Below, in pieces: positions 15,001-27,300 of a stretch of DNA of 64,000 nt (the stretch's first letter is position 1; the number at the start of each line of letters is the position of its first letter). A program made the translations under genes and the position numbers. Below the pieces are notes generated by a model, which saw only the letters and a list, made by a program, of their open reading frames with translations, had not been told where the DNA came from and ran no database searches. Source of the DNA: an uncultured Candidatus Binatia bacterium (GTDB lineage Bacteria; Desulfobacterota; Binatia; UBA9968; JAJDTQ01). The DNA is taken from positions 3,680,001 through 3,744,000 of the forward strand of contig OZ243916.1 in NCBI GenBank assembly GCA_965213675.1, given 5' to 3'.

Positions 15001-17211
15001 GTCGTCGGCCTCGTCGTCGGTCGCCGTCAACGTGACCGTCTGGCCCGTCTGCCAGTTCGACCGGGTGAAGGTGAGCGTCTTCGTCGCCGCCTGCGTCGGC
15101 GAGCCGGCCGTGCTCACCCTGGCGCCATCGCCGGCGGCGACCGTCACCGTCACATTCTGCGAGGGCCGTCCGGTCGAGCTGTCAAACTGCACGCGGTAAT
15201 TCGCCGTCCCGCCCTCGGTCAGCGCCAGGCTGCGCGTGGAGACCACCAGCTTGTCGGCGTCGACCACACGAAAGAGCGCGCCGCTCTGCCGCCGGTCGGG
15301 CTCGAGGCCGCCGCCGAGATTGGTCAGCGCGGCCGAGGCCAGCCCGCGAAAGTTCACCGTAATGTTTGCATCGGTGCTGTCGTTGGGCGCCCGCTCGGCC
15401 CGGGCGGTCAGGTGCACTGTGGCCGATCGGGGCGTATCGGCACCGCCGGTGAACTCCACGGCATAGACGGCCGAGTTCGGCGGCGTGCGCTGCCCGGCCA
15501 GTTCCGCACTGCCCGGGCCAAACAGCCACACGCCCTCGGCGAGCTTTTGGGTGTCGGAGTTGCGCGCGGCACTGTCCGCCCCGACGGCGTGGACCACCAC
15601 ATCGCGGCGACTGGCCGCTCCGGAGAGAAAATCCCTCGCCCCGGTGGCGAAGCGCAGCGGCACCCGCACCCGCTCGCCGGCGACGAGCTCCCGCCCCAGC
15701 TCCACCACCAGCACACCGGTTCGGCTCTCCACGCCCTCGGTCATCGAGCGGGAACCGCGGAGCGCCACGGAGGTTGGCTCGTCGTCGACCACCTCGATGC
15801 TGCCCGCGCTCCGGTCCGACACCCGGTAGCCCGTGCCGGTGGTGGGGGTCACCGTCAGGGTGCCGTTCGGCGCATCGCCGGCCACATCGATGCTCGCCGC
15901 CGTGATCTCGACGCTGCCGCTGGTCGGCACCACCACCGAGCCCGTCGACGCTGCCGCATGGCCGCGTGTGCCCGACACCTGGTAGTTCACCGTCACCGGC
16001 GCGGCCGGGGGCACGAGCAGACGGACGGTGAAGGTCGCCGCCGTGCCCTCGGGGACCGAGTCCCGCTTCGCCTCGACCCGCACCTCCGGCGTTTCATCGT
16101 CGAGCAGGCGGAGGGACGTATCGGTGAAGGTGGCGCCGGCCAGGGTCCCGGTCAGGCTGATCGTCTCTTCCGGCTCGCTCAGGGAATCATTCACCGGCGC
16201 CAGCGGGAACTCGACATAGCCGCTCGTTGCACCCTGGCGGAGGGTGATCGTCTGATCCGGAACATTCGCGTAGTCGGTGACCTCCTCCGCACTGTCGCTG
16301 GCCTCGCCCACCCGCACCGTCACCACCTGGTCCGTGTCGAACCGGGATCCATCGTCGATGGTCGCCGTCACCCGCACCGTCTTCGTCCCGCCATTCTCCC
16401 GCACGGCGTCCTGCACGCCGGCGCTGTCCGTATCCGCATCCACCGTCAGGGTGATGGCCGACGGCGACCCGTCATCGTCCACCACCACCACACTCGCCCG
16501 GTCGGAATCGGCGCCCACCGCATAGCCGGCGCCGCCGGCAAGGGTGACCGAGATCGCGCCCGCGGCCTCGGTGGTGGTGTCGTCATCGGTCTCGACCGCG
16601 ATCGTCGCCTGGTCCTCGCCGGCCTTCAGGATCACCTGCCGGTTGCCGGTCTGCCCCGCCGCCGCGACATCGCCTTCCTGCGCGACGCCCAGCGCCACCG
16701 TCAGATCCCGCGCCGGGGCGAAGTCGGCGCTCAGCGTGAACTCGGCATCGTTGCCCTCGCTCACCTCCGTCCCCGCCGCGCGCACGCGCAGCGTCGGCTC
16801 GGCCCCGTCGATGAGCACCTTCGCGACGGAGCGACTCACATCCACGGCATAGCCGTCGCCCGGGAACAGCGTCGCCCGCACCGAGCCGTCGGTCTGGTGG
16901 CTGTCGTTCTCCTCGGTCTGGATCCGCAGCGTCGCGCTCGCGCTGCCGCCCGGCAGCACCAGGCTGTACTCCCGAATCGCGGTCGCGGACACATAGCTGC
17001 CCTGTTGCGTGACGCGGACCTTCAGCGGCAGGTCGTTCTCCACCGTGGCATCGGCGCCGAAGGTGAACACCACCGTCTCGCCCTCATGCACCGACGCGGC
17101 CGCCTCGACGCCGACCGTCACCGGATCGTTGTCGACGATCGCCACCTTCGTCGCGGCGCTCGCGCCCACCTTCGTATGCGCCCCCGCCGTCAGCACCAGC
17201 GTGAAGTGCTC
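1..17211 (-). CDS. Giant repetitive surface protein/adhesin, C-terminal-side part (continues 17084..34018 after a +1 frameshift; runs off the window edge)
   Basis: Manual translation at several points (e.g. 17211 EHFTLVL, 11640 TMTLNDQHDSSRQVSFTLTV, 1500 PIISVALPSGGG) gives the same repeat types as the upstream ORF (LTFTPxNWxxxQTVTV, xxDDD linkers, Calx-beta-like). The track lists no terminated ORF in this frame, consistent with an open frame to base 1 (5,737 codons). Confidence 0.9.
1874..3013 (-). repeat. Three tandem near-identical 375-bp (125-aa) Ig-like/Calx-beta-like modules inside the giant gene
   Basis: Unit boundaries (g/a)tgtc(g/a)tcgtcggt recur at ~1874, 2249, 2624 and 2999. Shadow ORFs end at 2083, 2458 and 2833 (period 375). 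Confidence 0.92.
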
Positions 17212-20200
17212 GCTCGAAGTCAGGGACACTGTCATCCAGCGCCCCGACCGTGATCACCTGCCGGCTCGCCCCGCCCGGGGCGAAGGTCAGCGTGCCGCTC
17301 GCGCCGCTGTAGTCGCCTTCCCCGGCGGTGTCGCCGTCGCCGGCCGGAGCAAAGGTCACCGTCGCCGGCAGCAGCGAAGTGGCGCTGCCGCCCTGCGCAA
17401 CGACGACCCCCACCGTGCCGCCCTCGCTCACCCGGTACTGCCCGCTCTGGAAGCCGTATTGCGGCAGGTCGGCGGCGTCGGTGATGGTGCCCACCCCCTC
17501 GTAGTCGGTGGGGTGCAGGAGACCGTGGGTGGACGAGACCAGGCGCACCGTGAACCGGTGGTCCGACTCGTAGACGTTGTCGTCCACCGTCGGCACGGAG
17601 ACCGTGCCGCTGGTCTGCCCCTCGGCGATGGCGACCGCCCCGCCGCGCGACCCGCGAAAATCAGCGGGCGCGGTCGCCCGCGCATGCACCGCGCCGCCGG
17701 TGCCTTCATGAACGGTGTAGCGCACCGTCACACCGCCCGCCGGCGCCGCCTCGGGCAGCGACACCGTAAAGACCATCGCCTCGCCCTCGGCCGCGGACGC
17801 GTCCGAGATGGCGACCCCGACATCATTGTCCAGCACCGTCAGCACCGCCGAGTGGCTCGCGCCCGACGCCGCCACCGCGCCGGTCAGTTGTGTGGCAAGC
17901 GTGGCGTCGGAGAGGTCGCCGAGGGAAACCGTGAGCGTATCGTCCGTGCGGTTGCCGTCATCCAGCCCCGTCGCGGCGAGCAGGACTTCGGCCACCCGCT
18001 CGCTGCCCGCGCCGCCGGTGACGCGCACCTTCGGCGCCGCGGTGGCCGCATCGTGCAGCGACACCCCGGCGCCGGTCGCCGACAGCACCTGCACATGCGG
18101 CTGCGACCCGCCCGGCAGCGACAGGCCGCTGGTCGTCGCGAACGCCAGCGGCACCTCTACCACCTCGCCGGCCACGAGGTCGCGCTCCAGCAGCACCACC
18201 ACCGACCCCGTGTCGCCCGGCGCCTCCTCGAGCAGGCGCACATCGCCGCCAGCCCTGAGCGCGACCGTGAACGGGTTGTCGTCATCGAACAGCGTCAGCG
18301 TCGCCACGTTGTCACCAGCGGCCGGGGTCACCACCTCGCCGAGGTTGGTCGCCAGCCCGCCGGCGGCCAGATCGCCGAGGGTGACCGTGAAGCTGTCGTC
18401 GTCGGTATCGCCGTCGTCCTGGCCCGTCGCGGCCATGGCGACCGTCGCCACCTGCTCGCTGCCGGCGCCGCCGGTGAAGCGCACCGTCGGCGTCGTCGTG
18501 GTCGCGCCGTGCAACGTCACCCCCGTGCCGGCCGCCGACAGCACCTGCACATGCGGCTGGGCCCCGCCCGGCAGCACCACGCCGGTGGGCGAGGCGAAGG
18601 CCAGCGGCACCTCCACGATCTCGCCCGCCGCAAGGTCGCGCTCCAGCGTCACCGTCACCGATGCCGTGTCGCTCGGAAGCTGCTCGACCAAGCTCAGGTC
18701 GCCGCCGCCGGCCAGCGACACCTCGAACGACTCCTGGTTGTCCACCAGCGTCAGCCGCGCCTGGTTGCTGCCGCCGGTCGCCACCGCGCCGCCCGACACC
18801 GTCGTCCCGAGCGCCACCGCGGCGAGGTCGCCGAGCCCGACCGTGAAGGTATCGTCGCTCAGATTGGCATCCACGGTGGCCGTCGCCGCCAGCTCGACCA
18901 AAGCCACCCGCTCGACGCCGGCGCCGCCGGTGAAGCGCACCGTCGGCGTCGTGGTGGTCGCACCTCGCAGGGTCACGCCGGTGCCGCGCGCCGAGACCGC
19001 GACATGCGGCGCCGCCGCGCCGGGCAGCGCCACGCCGTCGGAGGTGGCAAAAGCCAGCGGCACATCCACCATTTCGCCCGCCGCGAGGTCGCGGCCAAGG
19101 GTCACCGTGACCTGCGCCTTGTCGCCCGGCGTCTGCTCGCGGAGGCGAAGGTCGCTGCCGCCCGCGAGCGACACCGGGGTCGGGAGGTTGTCCACCACCT
19201 GAACGCTCGCCGAAGCGCCGCCGTAGCGGGGCGCGAGCGTCGCCGTCACCGCGCCGTCCGGCCGGTCCGCGGGGAAGGCCTTCGTGTTCACGCTGAACCG
19301 CTTGCTGCCGCCCGCCGGCACGATGACCTTGCGGGTGAGGAACTGGCCGGCAGCCACCACATCGCCGCCATCGCCGATGCGCACCTCGACCGCCACGTCG
19401 CCGCCGAGGGCATTGGTGGCGCTCACCGTGAATGCGGCCGCGTTGCCCCCGACCACGCGCGCCGCGACCGGCGCGACGGTGAACGCCGCCCCGGCGATGC
19501 GCGCCGGCGCCGCACCCACCGTCACCCCAACCAAGGCGACGCCATACTCGGTGCCGCCGGAACCGCCGTAATTGCTGTCGGCCGAGGACACGTCGTGGGT
19601 CACCGTCGCCCGCCCCGGCGAGAGCCCCGACACCGCAATCGTCTTCTCCGTGTTCCACTCGTTCGGCTGGAAGGTGACCGCCGCACCGCCCCGGAGCACC
19701 GCGCCGCTGTCGGCCACCCGCGGGGTCACGGTCACCGGGTGCGTCGGCCGGCTCAGGAGGCGCAGCGTGTACCCGGCCGTGGCCCCTTCGGACAGCTCGA
19801 GCGCACGCGTCGATGCCATCACCCCATGCCCGGCGTCGCGGTGGGTGACGGTCACCGACGGCGCGCTGGAAACCCCCGGGTAGCCGGTCACCGCATGGGT
19901 GAGGGTGACGGTGCTGTCCTGGATCACATCCGCATCGGCGAGGGCGGTGACCGCCACCGACTGCGCCTCGCTCCAGATCCTATCCCCGCGCGTGGTGAAG
20001 GTGAGCTGCGCCGGTTCGACCCGCACCCGGGCGGGATCGCTGGAGGTGATGTCCACCGTCACATCCTGGCCGGGGTCGCTGCCGAGCCAGAGGAAGTAAC
20101 GCCCCGGCGGGCCGTTCTCCAACACCCGCAAGAAGTTGTGCGAGACCCGCACCCTGGGGGCGCCGGAGGCGGGCACCACCCGGTCGCGCAACTGGATGAA

Positions 20201-21304
20201 TGCCGCGCTGCCCCTGGCCGCCGTGCCCCGAGCCCCCGTGCCGGTCTCCAGGTCCAGGTTGCTGTCGAGCGTGCCCATCCACAGGGTGAACGCTTCCCTT
20301 GTCTCCGCCGCGCCGTCCTCGAGCGCCGCGAGCGACAGCGTCGCGGTGGTCACCACCGCATCGTCCGAGCCGGGGAACACCACCGCCGGCTGGTGGGAGC
20401 TGTACGGCGCCGAGATGGCGAGCGAGACGCCGCTGCTGCTCGCGCCGGCGTCGAGGGTGAGCGTGTAATCGGACGAGTCCACGCCGGTGCCCGCCACCAC
20501 GAGCGGTACCGTCACCGTCTCGCCCGCCCGCAGCCCGCGACCGAGGGTGAGCGTCGCGCTCGTCCCGTCGCCCTCGACCAGATCATCCCCGCCGGCCAGC
20601 GCGAAGGTCACCGCCGTCGGATTGCCGTCGATGACCGTCACTGTCGCCTCGGCGCCCTTGGCCAAGGTTGCGGGAAAGCCGCTGCCAAAGCCGATGGTCA
20701 GGGTCTCGTTCTGCTCATCAACATCGTCCGGCAGCGCCCACAGCTGGTAGGTGCGGGCGTAGTCGGGGGCCCGGAACGCGATCCGCGCCGGCAGGTCGAG
20801 CCGATAATCCGCCGCGGTCACCCCCGACACCGACAGCAGGTTGGCCGTGTCCACCAACACCCGCCCGGTGGCGCCGGTCAGGCGGAGCGTGACATCGCGC
20901 CACGCGCCTTCCCGAAGCGCGCCCCCGGCCAGCGACAGGTTCAGCACCGGCTTCGCCGCCGCAGTCACGGTCACCACCACCGGATCGATCGAAAGATCCG
21001 TGCCATAGCCGCCGCCGGCCGCATAGGTCACCGCATGGCCAATACTCACCGGACCGCCCGGGGCGACGCCTTCGACGGTGACGGTCTGCGGCTCCTGCCA
21101 GTTCCCGGCGTCGAAAATCAACCGGCCCGTGCTGCCGTTCTTGTTCGCCTGGATGCCGGCCGTGTTCGGATCCTCGCTGGTCGGCGTGATCGCCACCGCG
21201 CCCACAGGCGCGCTCGTCAGGCGCAGCGTGTAGCTCGCCGCAGCGCCGCTTGCGACCGTCACCCTGCCGGCGCCGACCGTCACCCCGGCCGTGTCGTCAT
21301 CGGT
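14499..21304 (-). repeat. Large intragenic direct repeat, copy B (~6.8 kb)
   Basis: Matches 22087..28906 with offset 7588 below 17212, 7587 above it, and 7599-7602 near the upper end. Confidence 0.93.
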
Positions 21305-24300
21305 GATCGAGAAACTCACGCCGCCGGACCCCGACGCGCCGCCGTCGAGCCCTCGGCCAGAGTCCCCGTCCAGCGCGCCGAGCGCCACCGACACCGTCTC
21401 CGACGCGCCTTCGTCGATCTCGTCCGCCATCGATTCGAGGGTGAACGACGCGCTCGGCGACGCGCCCGCCCCGCCGGTGAACATCACCGACGCCGCGCCG
21501 CTCGCCAGGTTGGTGTGGGTGACTCCGCTTGCCGCCTGGCCTTCCTGCACGCGCACCGCATAATCGGTGCCGCGCGTCGCCGCCCCGCCGAAGGTCAGGG
21601 GCACCGTCAGGCGCTCTCCTGCAACCAGCGCGCGGCCGAGCGCCACGGTCACCACCTTGTTGCTGCCGTCCTCGGCGATATCCCCCGCCGACGTGGACAG
21701 GGTCACTGCGGTCGCGTCGTCGTCGATCACCGCCACCGCCAGCACGGAAGCCACCATGGCGCGGTAGAACGGGTCGACAGAGGTCGCCGCATGGCTGATC
21801 TCCACCTCACGGCGCGACACATCATCCACCTGGTTGTCCACCGCGTGCACCGTCACCGTCTGTGCGTCGTCCCAGTTGGCCGGGGTGAAGGTCAGCGTCT
21901 TCGTCGCGGCCGCCGCCGGCGAGCCCGTCGTGCCGACCTCGACGCCGGCACCGCTCGTGACCGTCACCGTCACATCGTGGGTCGGTTCGGCGCTCAGGAC
22001 CACCTCGTAGGTGTCCTCCGTCCCGTCCTCACCGGCCACGGTCGAGCCGCCGCTTTCCGTTATCGCGATGCCGGCGGAGGAATCCACGATGCGGAACTCG
22101 GCCAGGCTGTCGGTCGTATCCACACCGCCGGCAAGGCCGGTGGGCACGAGCGTGCCGAGGCCGATATCGACGGTTTCCGGCGTCGCCTCTTCCGTCCCGT
22201 CCCGGACCGCCGTCAGGGTGAGGGTAGCGGTGGTCGCCGTCGCCCCGGAGTCCGGGCCGGTGAACACTACGCTCGCCGTCCCGCTGTCGAGCTGGTTATA
22301 GGCGACGCTGGCCGCCGTCGCACCGACCAGGGTGTAATCCGTGCCGCGCACCGCCGTGCCGGCGAAGGTGAGCGGCACGGTAAGCGCCTCGCCCTGCACC
22401 AGCCCGCGGTCGAGGGTCACGGTAATCTCCCGCGTCTGCCCCTCGCCCAGATCGCCCGAGGCGGCGGCGAGCACCACCCCCGTCGGATCATTGTCCGTAA
22501 CCCGTACGACCAGTTCGCGCGCCTTCTGGTGCTGGAACCTCACATCCGCCGAAGTGGCCGTGTGCGTGACCGACACCGTCTTGCCCGGGTCGTCGGCCGG
22601 ATCGTCGGTCGCCGTCAACGTGACCGTCTGGCCCGTCCGCCAGTTCGACCGGGTGAAGGTGAGCGTCTTCGTCGCCGCCTGCGTCGGCGAGCCGGCCGTG
22701 CTCACCCTGGCGCCATCGCCGGCGGCGACCGTCACCGTCACATTCTGCGAGGGCCGTCCGGTCGAGCTGTCAAACTGCACGCGGTAATTCGCCGTCCCGC
22801 CCTCGGTCAGCGCCAGGCTGCGCGTGGAGACCACCAGCTTGTCGGCGTCGACCACACGAAAGAGCGCGCCGCTCTGCCGCCGGTCGGGCTCGAGGCCGCC
22901 GCCGAGATTGGTCAGCGCGGCCGAGGCCAGCCCGCGAAAGTTCACCGTAATGTTTGCATCGGTGCTGTCGTTGGGAGCCCGCTCGGCCCGGGCGGTCAGG
23001 TGCAGGGTGGCCGACCGGGGCGTGTCGGTCCCGCCGGTGAACTCCACGGCATAGACGGCCACGTTCGGCGGTGTGCGTTGCCCGGTCAGTTTGCCGCTGC
23101 TCGGGCCGAACAGCCACACGCCCTCGGCGAGCTTCTGGGTGTCGGCAGCGAGCGCGGCACTGTCCGCCCCGTCGGCGTGGACGATCACATCGCGGCGATT
23201 GGCCGCACCGGAGAGAAAATCCCTCGCCCCGGTCGCGAATCGCAGCTGCACCAGCGCCCGCTCGCCGGCGACCAGCTCCCGCCCCAGCTCCACCACCAGC
23301 ACACCGGTTCGGCTCTCCACGCCCTCGGTCATCGAGCGGGAACCGCGGAGCGCCACGGGGGTCGGCTCGTCGTCGACCACCTCGATGCTGCCCGCGCTCC
23401 GGTCCGACACCCGGTAGCCCGTGCCGGTGGTGGGGGTCACCGTCAGGGTGCCGTTCGGCGCATCGCCGGCCACATCGATGCTCGCCGCCGTGATCTCGAC
23501 GCTGCCGCTGGTCGGCACCACCACCGAGCCCGTCGACGCTGCCGCATGGCCGCGCGTGCCCGACACCTGGTAGTTCACCGTCACCGGCGCGGCCGGGGGC
23601 ACGAGCAGACGGACGGTGAAGGTCGCCGCCGTGCCTTCGGGGACCGAGTCCTGCTTCGCCTCGACCCGCACCTCCGGCGTTTCATCGTCGAGCAGGCGGA
23701 GGGACGTATCGGTGAAGGTGGCGCCGGCCAGGGTCCCGGTCAGGCTGATCGTCTCTTCCGGCTCGCTCAGGGAATCATTCACCGGCGCCAGCGGGAACTC
23801 GACATAGCCGCTCGTTGCACCCTGGCGGAGGGTGATCGTCTGATCCGGAACATTCGCGTAGTCGGTGACCTCCTCCGCACTGTCGCTGGCCTCGCCCACC
23901 CGCACCGTCACCACCTGGTCCGTGTCGAACCGGGATCCATCGTCGATGGTCGCCGTCACCCGCACCGTCTTCGTCCCGCCATTCTCCCGCACGGCGTCCT
24001 GCACGCCGGCGCTGTCCGTATCCGCATCCACCGTCAGGGTGATGGCCGACGGCGACCCGTCATCGTCCACCACCACCACACTCGCCCGGTCGGAATCGGC
24101 GCCCACCGCATAGCCGGCGCCGCCGGCAAGGGTGACCGAGATCGCGCCCGCGGCCTCGGTGGTGGTGTCGTCATCGGTCTCGACCGCGATCGTCGCCTGG
24201 TCCTCGCCGGCCTTCAGGATCACCTGCCGGTTGCCGGTCTGCCCCGCCGCCGCGACATCGCCTTCCTGCGCGACGCCCAGCGCCACCATCAGATCCCGCG

Positions 24301-27300
24301 CCGGGGCGAAGTCGGCGCTCAGCGTGAACTCGGCATCGTTGCCCTCGCTCACCTCCGTCCCCGCCGCGCGCACGCGCAGCGTCGGCTCGGCCCCGTCGAT
24401 GAGCACCTTCGCGACGGAGCGACTCACATCCACGGCATAGCCGTCGCCCGGGAACAGCGTCGCCCGCACCCAGCCGTCGGTCTGGTGGCTGTCGTTCTCC
24501 TCGGTCTGGATCCGCAGCGTCGCGCTCGCGCTGCCGCCCGCCAGCACCAGGCTGTACTCCCGAATCGCGGTCGCGGACACATAGCTGCCCTGTTGCGTGA
24601 CGCGGACCTTCAGCGGCAGGTCGTTCTCCACCGTGGCATCGGCGCCGAAGGTGAACACCACCGTCTCGCCCTCATGCACCGACGCGGCCGCCTCGACGCC
24701 GACCGTCACCGGATCGTTGTCGACGATCTCCACCTTCGTCGCGGCGCTCGCGCCCACCTTCGTATGCGCCCCCGCCGTCAGCACCAGCGTGAAGTGCTCC
24801 TCGAAGTCCGGGACATTGTCGTCCAGTGCCCCGACCGTGATCACCTGCCGGCTCGCCCCGCCCGGGGCGAAGGTCAGCGTGCCGCTCGCGCCGCTGTAGT
24901 CGCCTTCCCCGGCGGTGTCGCCGTCGCCGGCCGGAGCAAAGGTCACCGTCGCCGGCAGCAGCGAAGTGGCGCTGCCGCCCTGCGCAACGACGACCCCCAC
25001 CGTGCCGCCCTCGCTCACCCGGTACTGCCCGCTCTGGAAGCCGTATTGCGGCAGGTCGGCGTCGTCGATGATGGTGCCCACCGCCTCGTAGTCGGTGGGG
25101 TGCAGCGGACCGTGGGTGGATGAGACCAGGCGCACCGTGAACCGGTGGTCCGACTCGTAGACATTGTCGTCCACCGTCGGCACCGAAAGCGTGCCGCTTG
25201 TCCGCCCCTGCGCAATCACGACCGCGCCGCCACGCGCCCCCCGGAAATCGTCGGGCGCCGTCGCCCGGGAATACGCCGCACCGCCCGTGCCCCCGGCAAT
25301 GGTGTAGCGCACCGCCACGCCGCCCGCCGGCGCCGCGTTCGGCAGCGTCACCGTGAATACAAGCGCCTCGCCCTCCGCCGCGGACGCGTCCGAGAGGGCG
25401 ACGCCCACGTCGTTGTCGATGACCGTCAGCGTCGGCGCGCTGCTCGCGCTCGACGCCGTCACCGTGCCGGTCAGTTGCGTGGCAAGACCGGCGTCGGACA
25501 GGTTGCCCAAGCTGACCGTGAAGGTGTCGTCCGTGCGGTTGCCGTCGTCCCGGCCGGTCGCGCCGAGCTGGACCTCGGCCACCTGCTCGCGGCCCGCGCC
25601 GCCAGTGAAGCGCACCTTTGGCGCCGTGGTGGCCGCATCATGCAGTGACACCCCGGCGCCGGTCGCCGACAGCACCTGGATATGCGGCTGGGATTGCCCC
25701 GGCAGCGACAGGGCGCTGGTCGTCGAGAACGCCAGCGGCACCTCCACCACTTCGCCGGCCACGAGGTCGCGCTCCAGCGTCACCACCACCGACCCCGTGT
25801 CGCCCGGCGCCTCCTCGAACAGGCGCACATCGCTGCCGCCCGTGAGCGCAACCGTGAACGGGTTGTCGTCGTCGAACAGCGTCAGCGTCGCCACGTTGTC
25901 GCCAGCGGCTGTGGTCACCGCCTCGCTCAGGTTCGTCGCCAGCCCGCCGGCGGCGAGGTCGCCGAGCCCGACCGTGAAGGTGTCGTCGCTGGTATCGCCG
26001 TCGTCCTGATTCGTGGCCGCAATCTGCACTTGCGCGACCTGCTCGGTGCCCGCGCCGCCGGTGAAGCGCACCGTCGGCGTCGTGGTGGTCGCGCCTTGTA
26101 ATGTCACGCCCGTGCCGCTCGCCGACAGCACCTGAACGTGCGGCTGGGACCCGCCCGGCAGCACCACGCCGCTCGTTGAGGCGAACGCCAGCGGCGCCTC
26201 CACGATCTCGCCGGCCGCAAGGTCGCGCTCCAGCGTCACCGTCACCGATGCGGTGTCGCTCGGAAGCTGCTCGACCACGCTCAGGTCGCCGCCGCCCGCC
26301 AGCGACACCTCGAACGCCTCCTGGTTGTCCACCAGCGTCAGCCTCGCCTGATTGCTGCCGCCGGTCGCCACCGCGCCGCCCGACACCGTCGTGCCGAGCG
26401 TCGCGGCGGCAAGGTCGCCGAGCCCGACCGTGAACGTGTCGTTCGTCAGGTTGGCGTCGCGGGTGGCGGTCGCGGCCATCTCGACCGTGGCGACCCGCTC
26501 GGTGCCCGCACCGCCGGTGAAGCGCACCACCGGCGCCGTCGTGGACGCGCCTTGCAAGGTCACGCCCGTACCGCGCGCCGTCACCGCGATGTGCGGTTGC
26601 GCCGCGCCCGGCAGCGCCACGCCGTCGGTCGTTGCAAAGGCCAGCGGCACCTCCACCACCTCGCCCGCCGCCAGGTCGCGCCCGAGGGTCACCGTGACCT
26701 GGGCCTTGTCGCTCGGCGTCTGCTCGCGCAGGCGCAAGTCGCCGCCGCCCGCGAGCGATACCGGGGTCGCGATGTTGTCCGCCACCGCAACGCGCGCCGA
26801 CGCGCCGCCGTAGCGGGTCGCGAGGGTCGCTGTCACCGCGCCGTCTGGACGGTCCTGGCCGAAGGACTTCGTGCCCACGCTGAACCGCTTGCTGCCGCCC
26901 GCCGGCACGATGACCTTGCGGGTGAGGAACTGGCCGGCGGCCACCACATCGCCGCCATCGTCGATGCTCACCTCGACCGCCACGTCGCCGCCGAGGGCAT
27001 TGGTCGCGCTCACCGTGAATGCGGCAGGATTGCCCCCGACCACACTGGCCGCGGCCGGCGCGACGGTGAACGCCGCCCCGGCGATGCGCGCCGGCGCCGC
27101 GCCCACCGTCACCCCAACCAAGGCGACGCCGCGGACCGTTCCGCCGGAACCGCCGTAATTGCTGTCGGTCGAGGACACCTCGTGGCTCACCGTCGCGCGT
27201 CCCGGCGAGAGCCCCGACACCGCAATCGTCTTCTCCGTGTTCCACTCGTTCGGCTGGAACGTGACCGCCGCACCCGCCTTGAGCACCGCGCCGCTGTCGG

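Noticed and set aside
17205-17220. Programmed ribosomal frameshift at the adhesin break
   Set aside because: No slippery heptamer or homopolymer, and the paralogous copy is simply in frame. A point insertion or sequencing error is more parsimonious.
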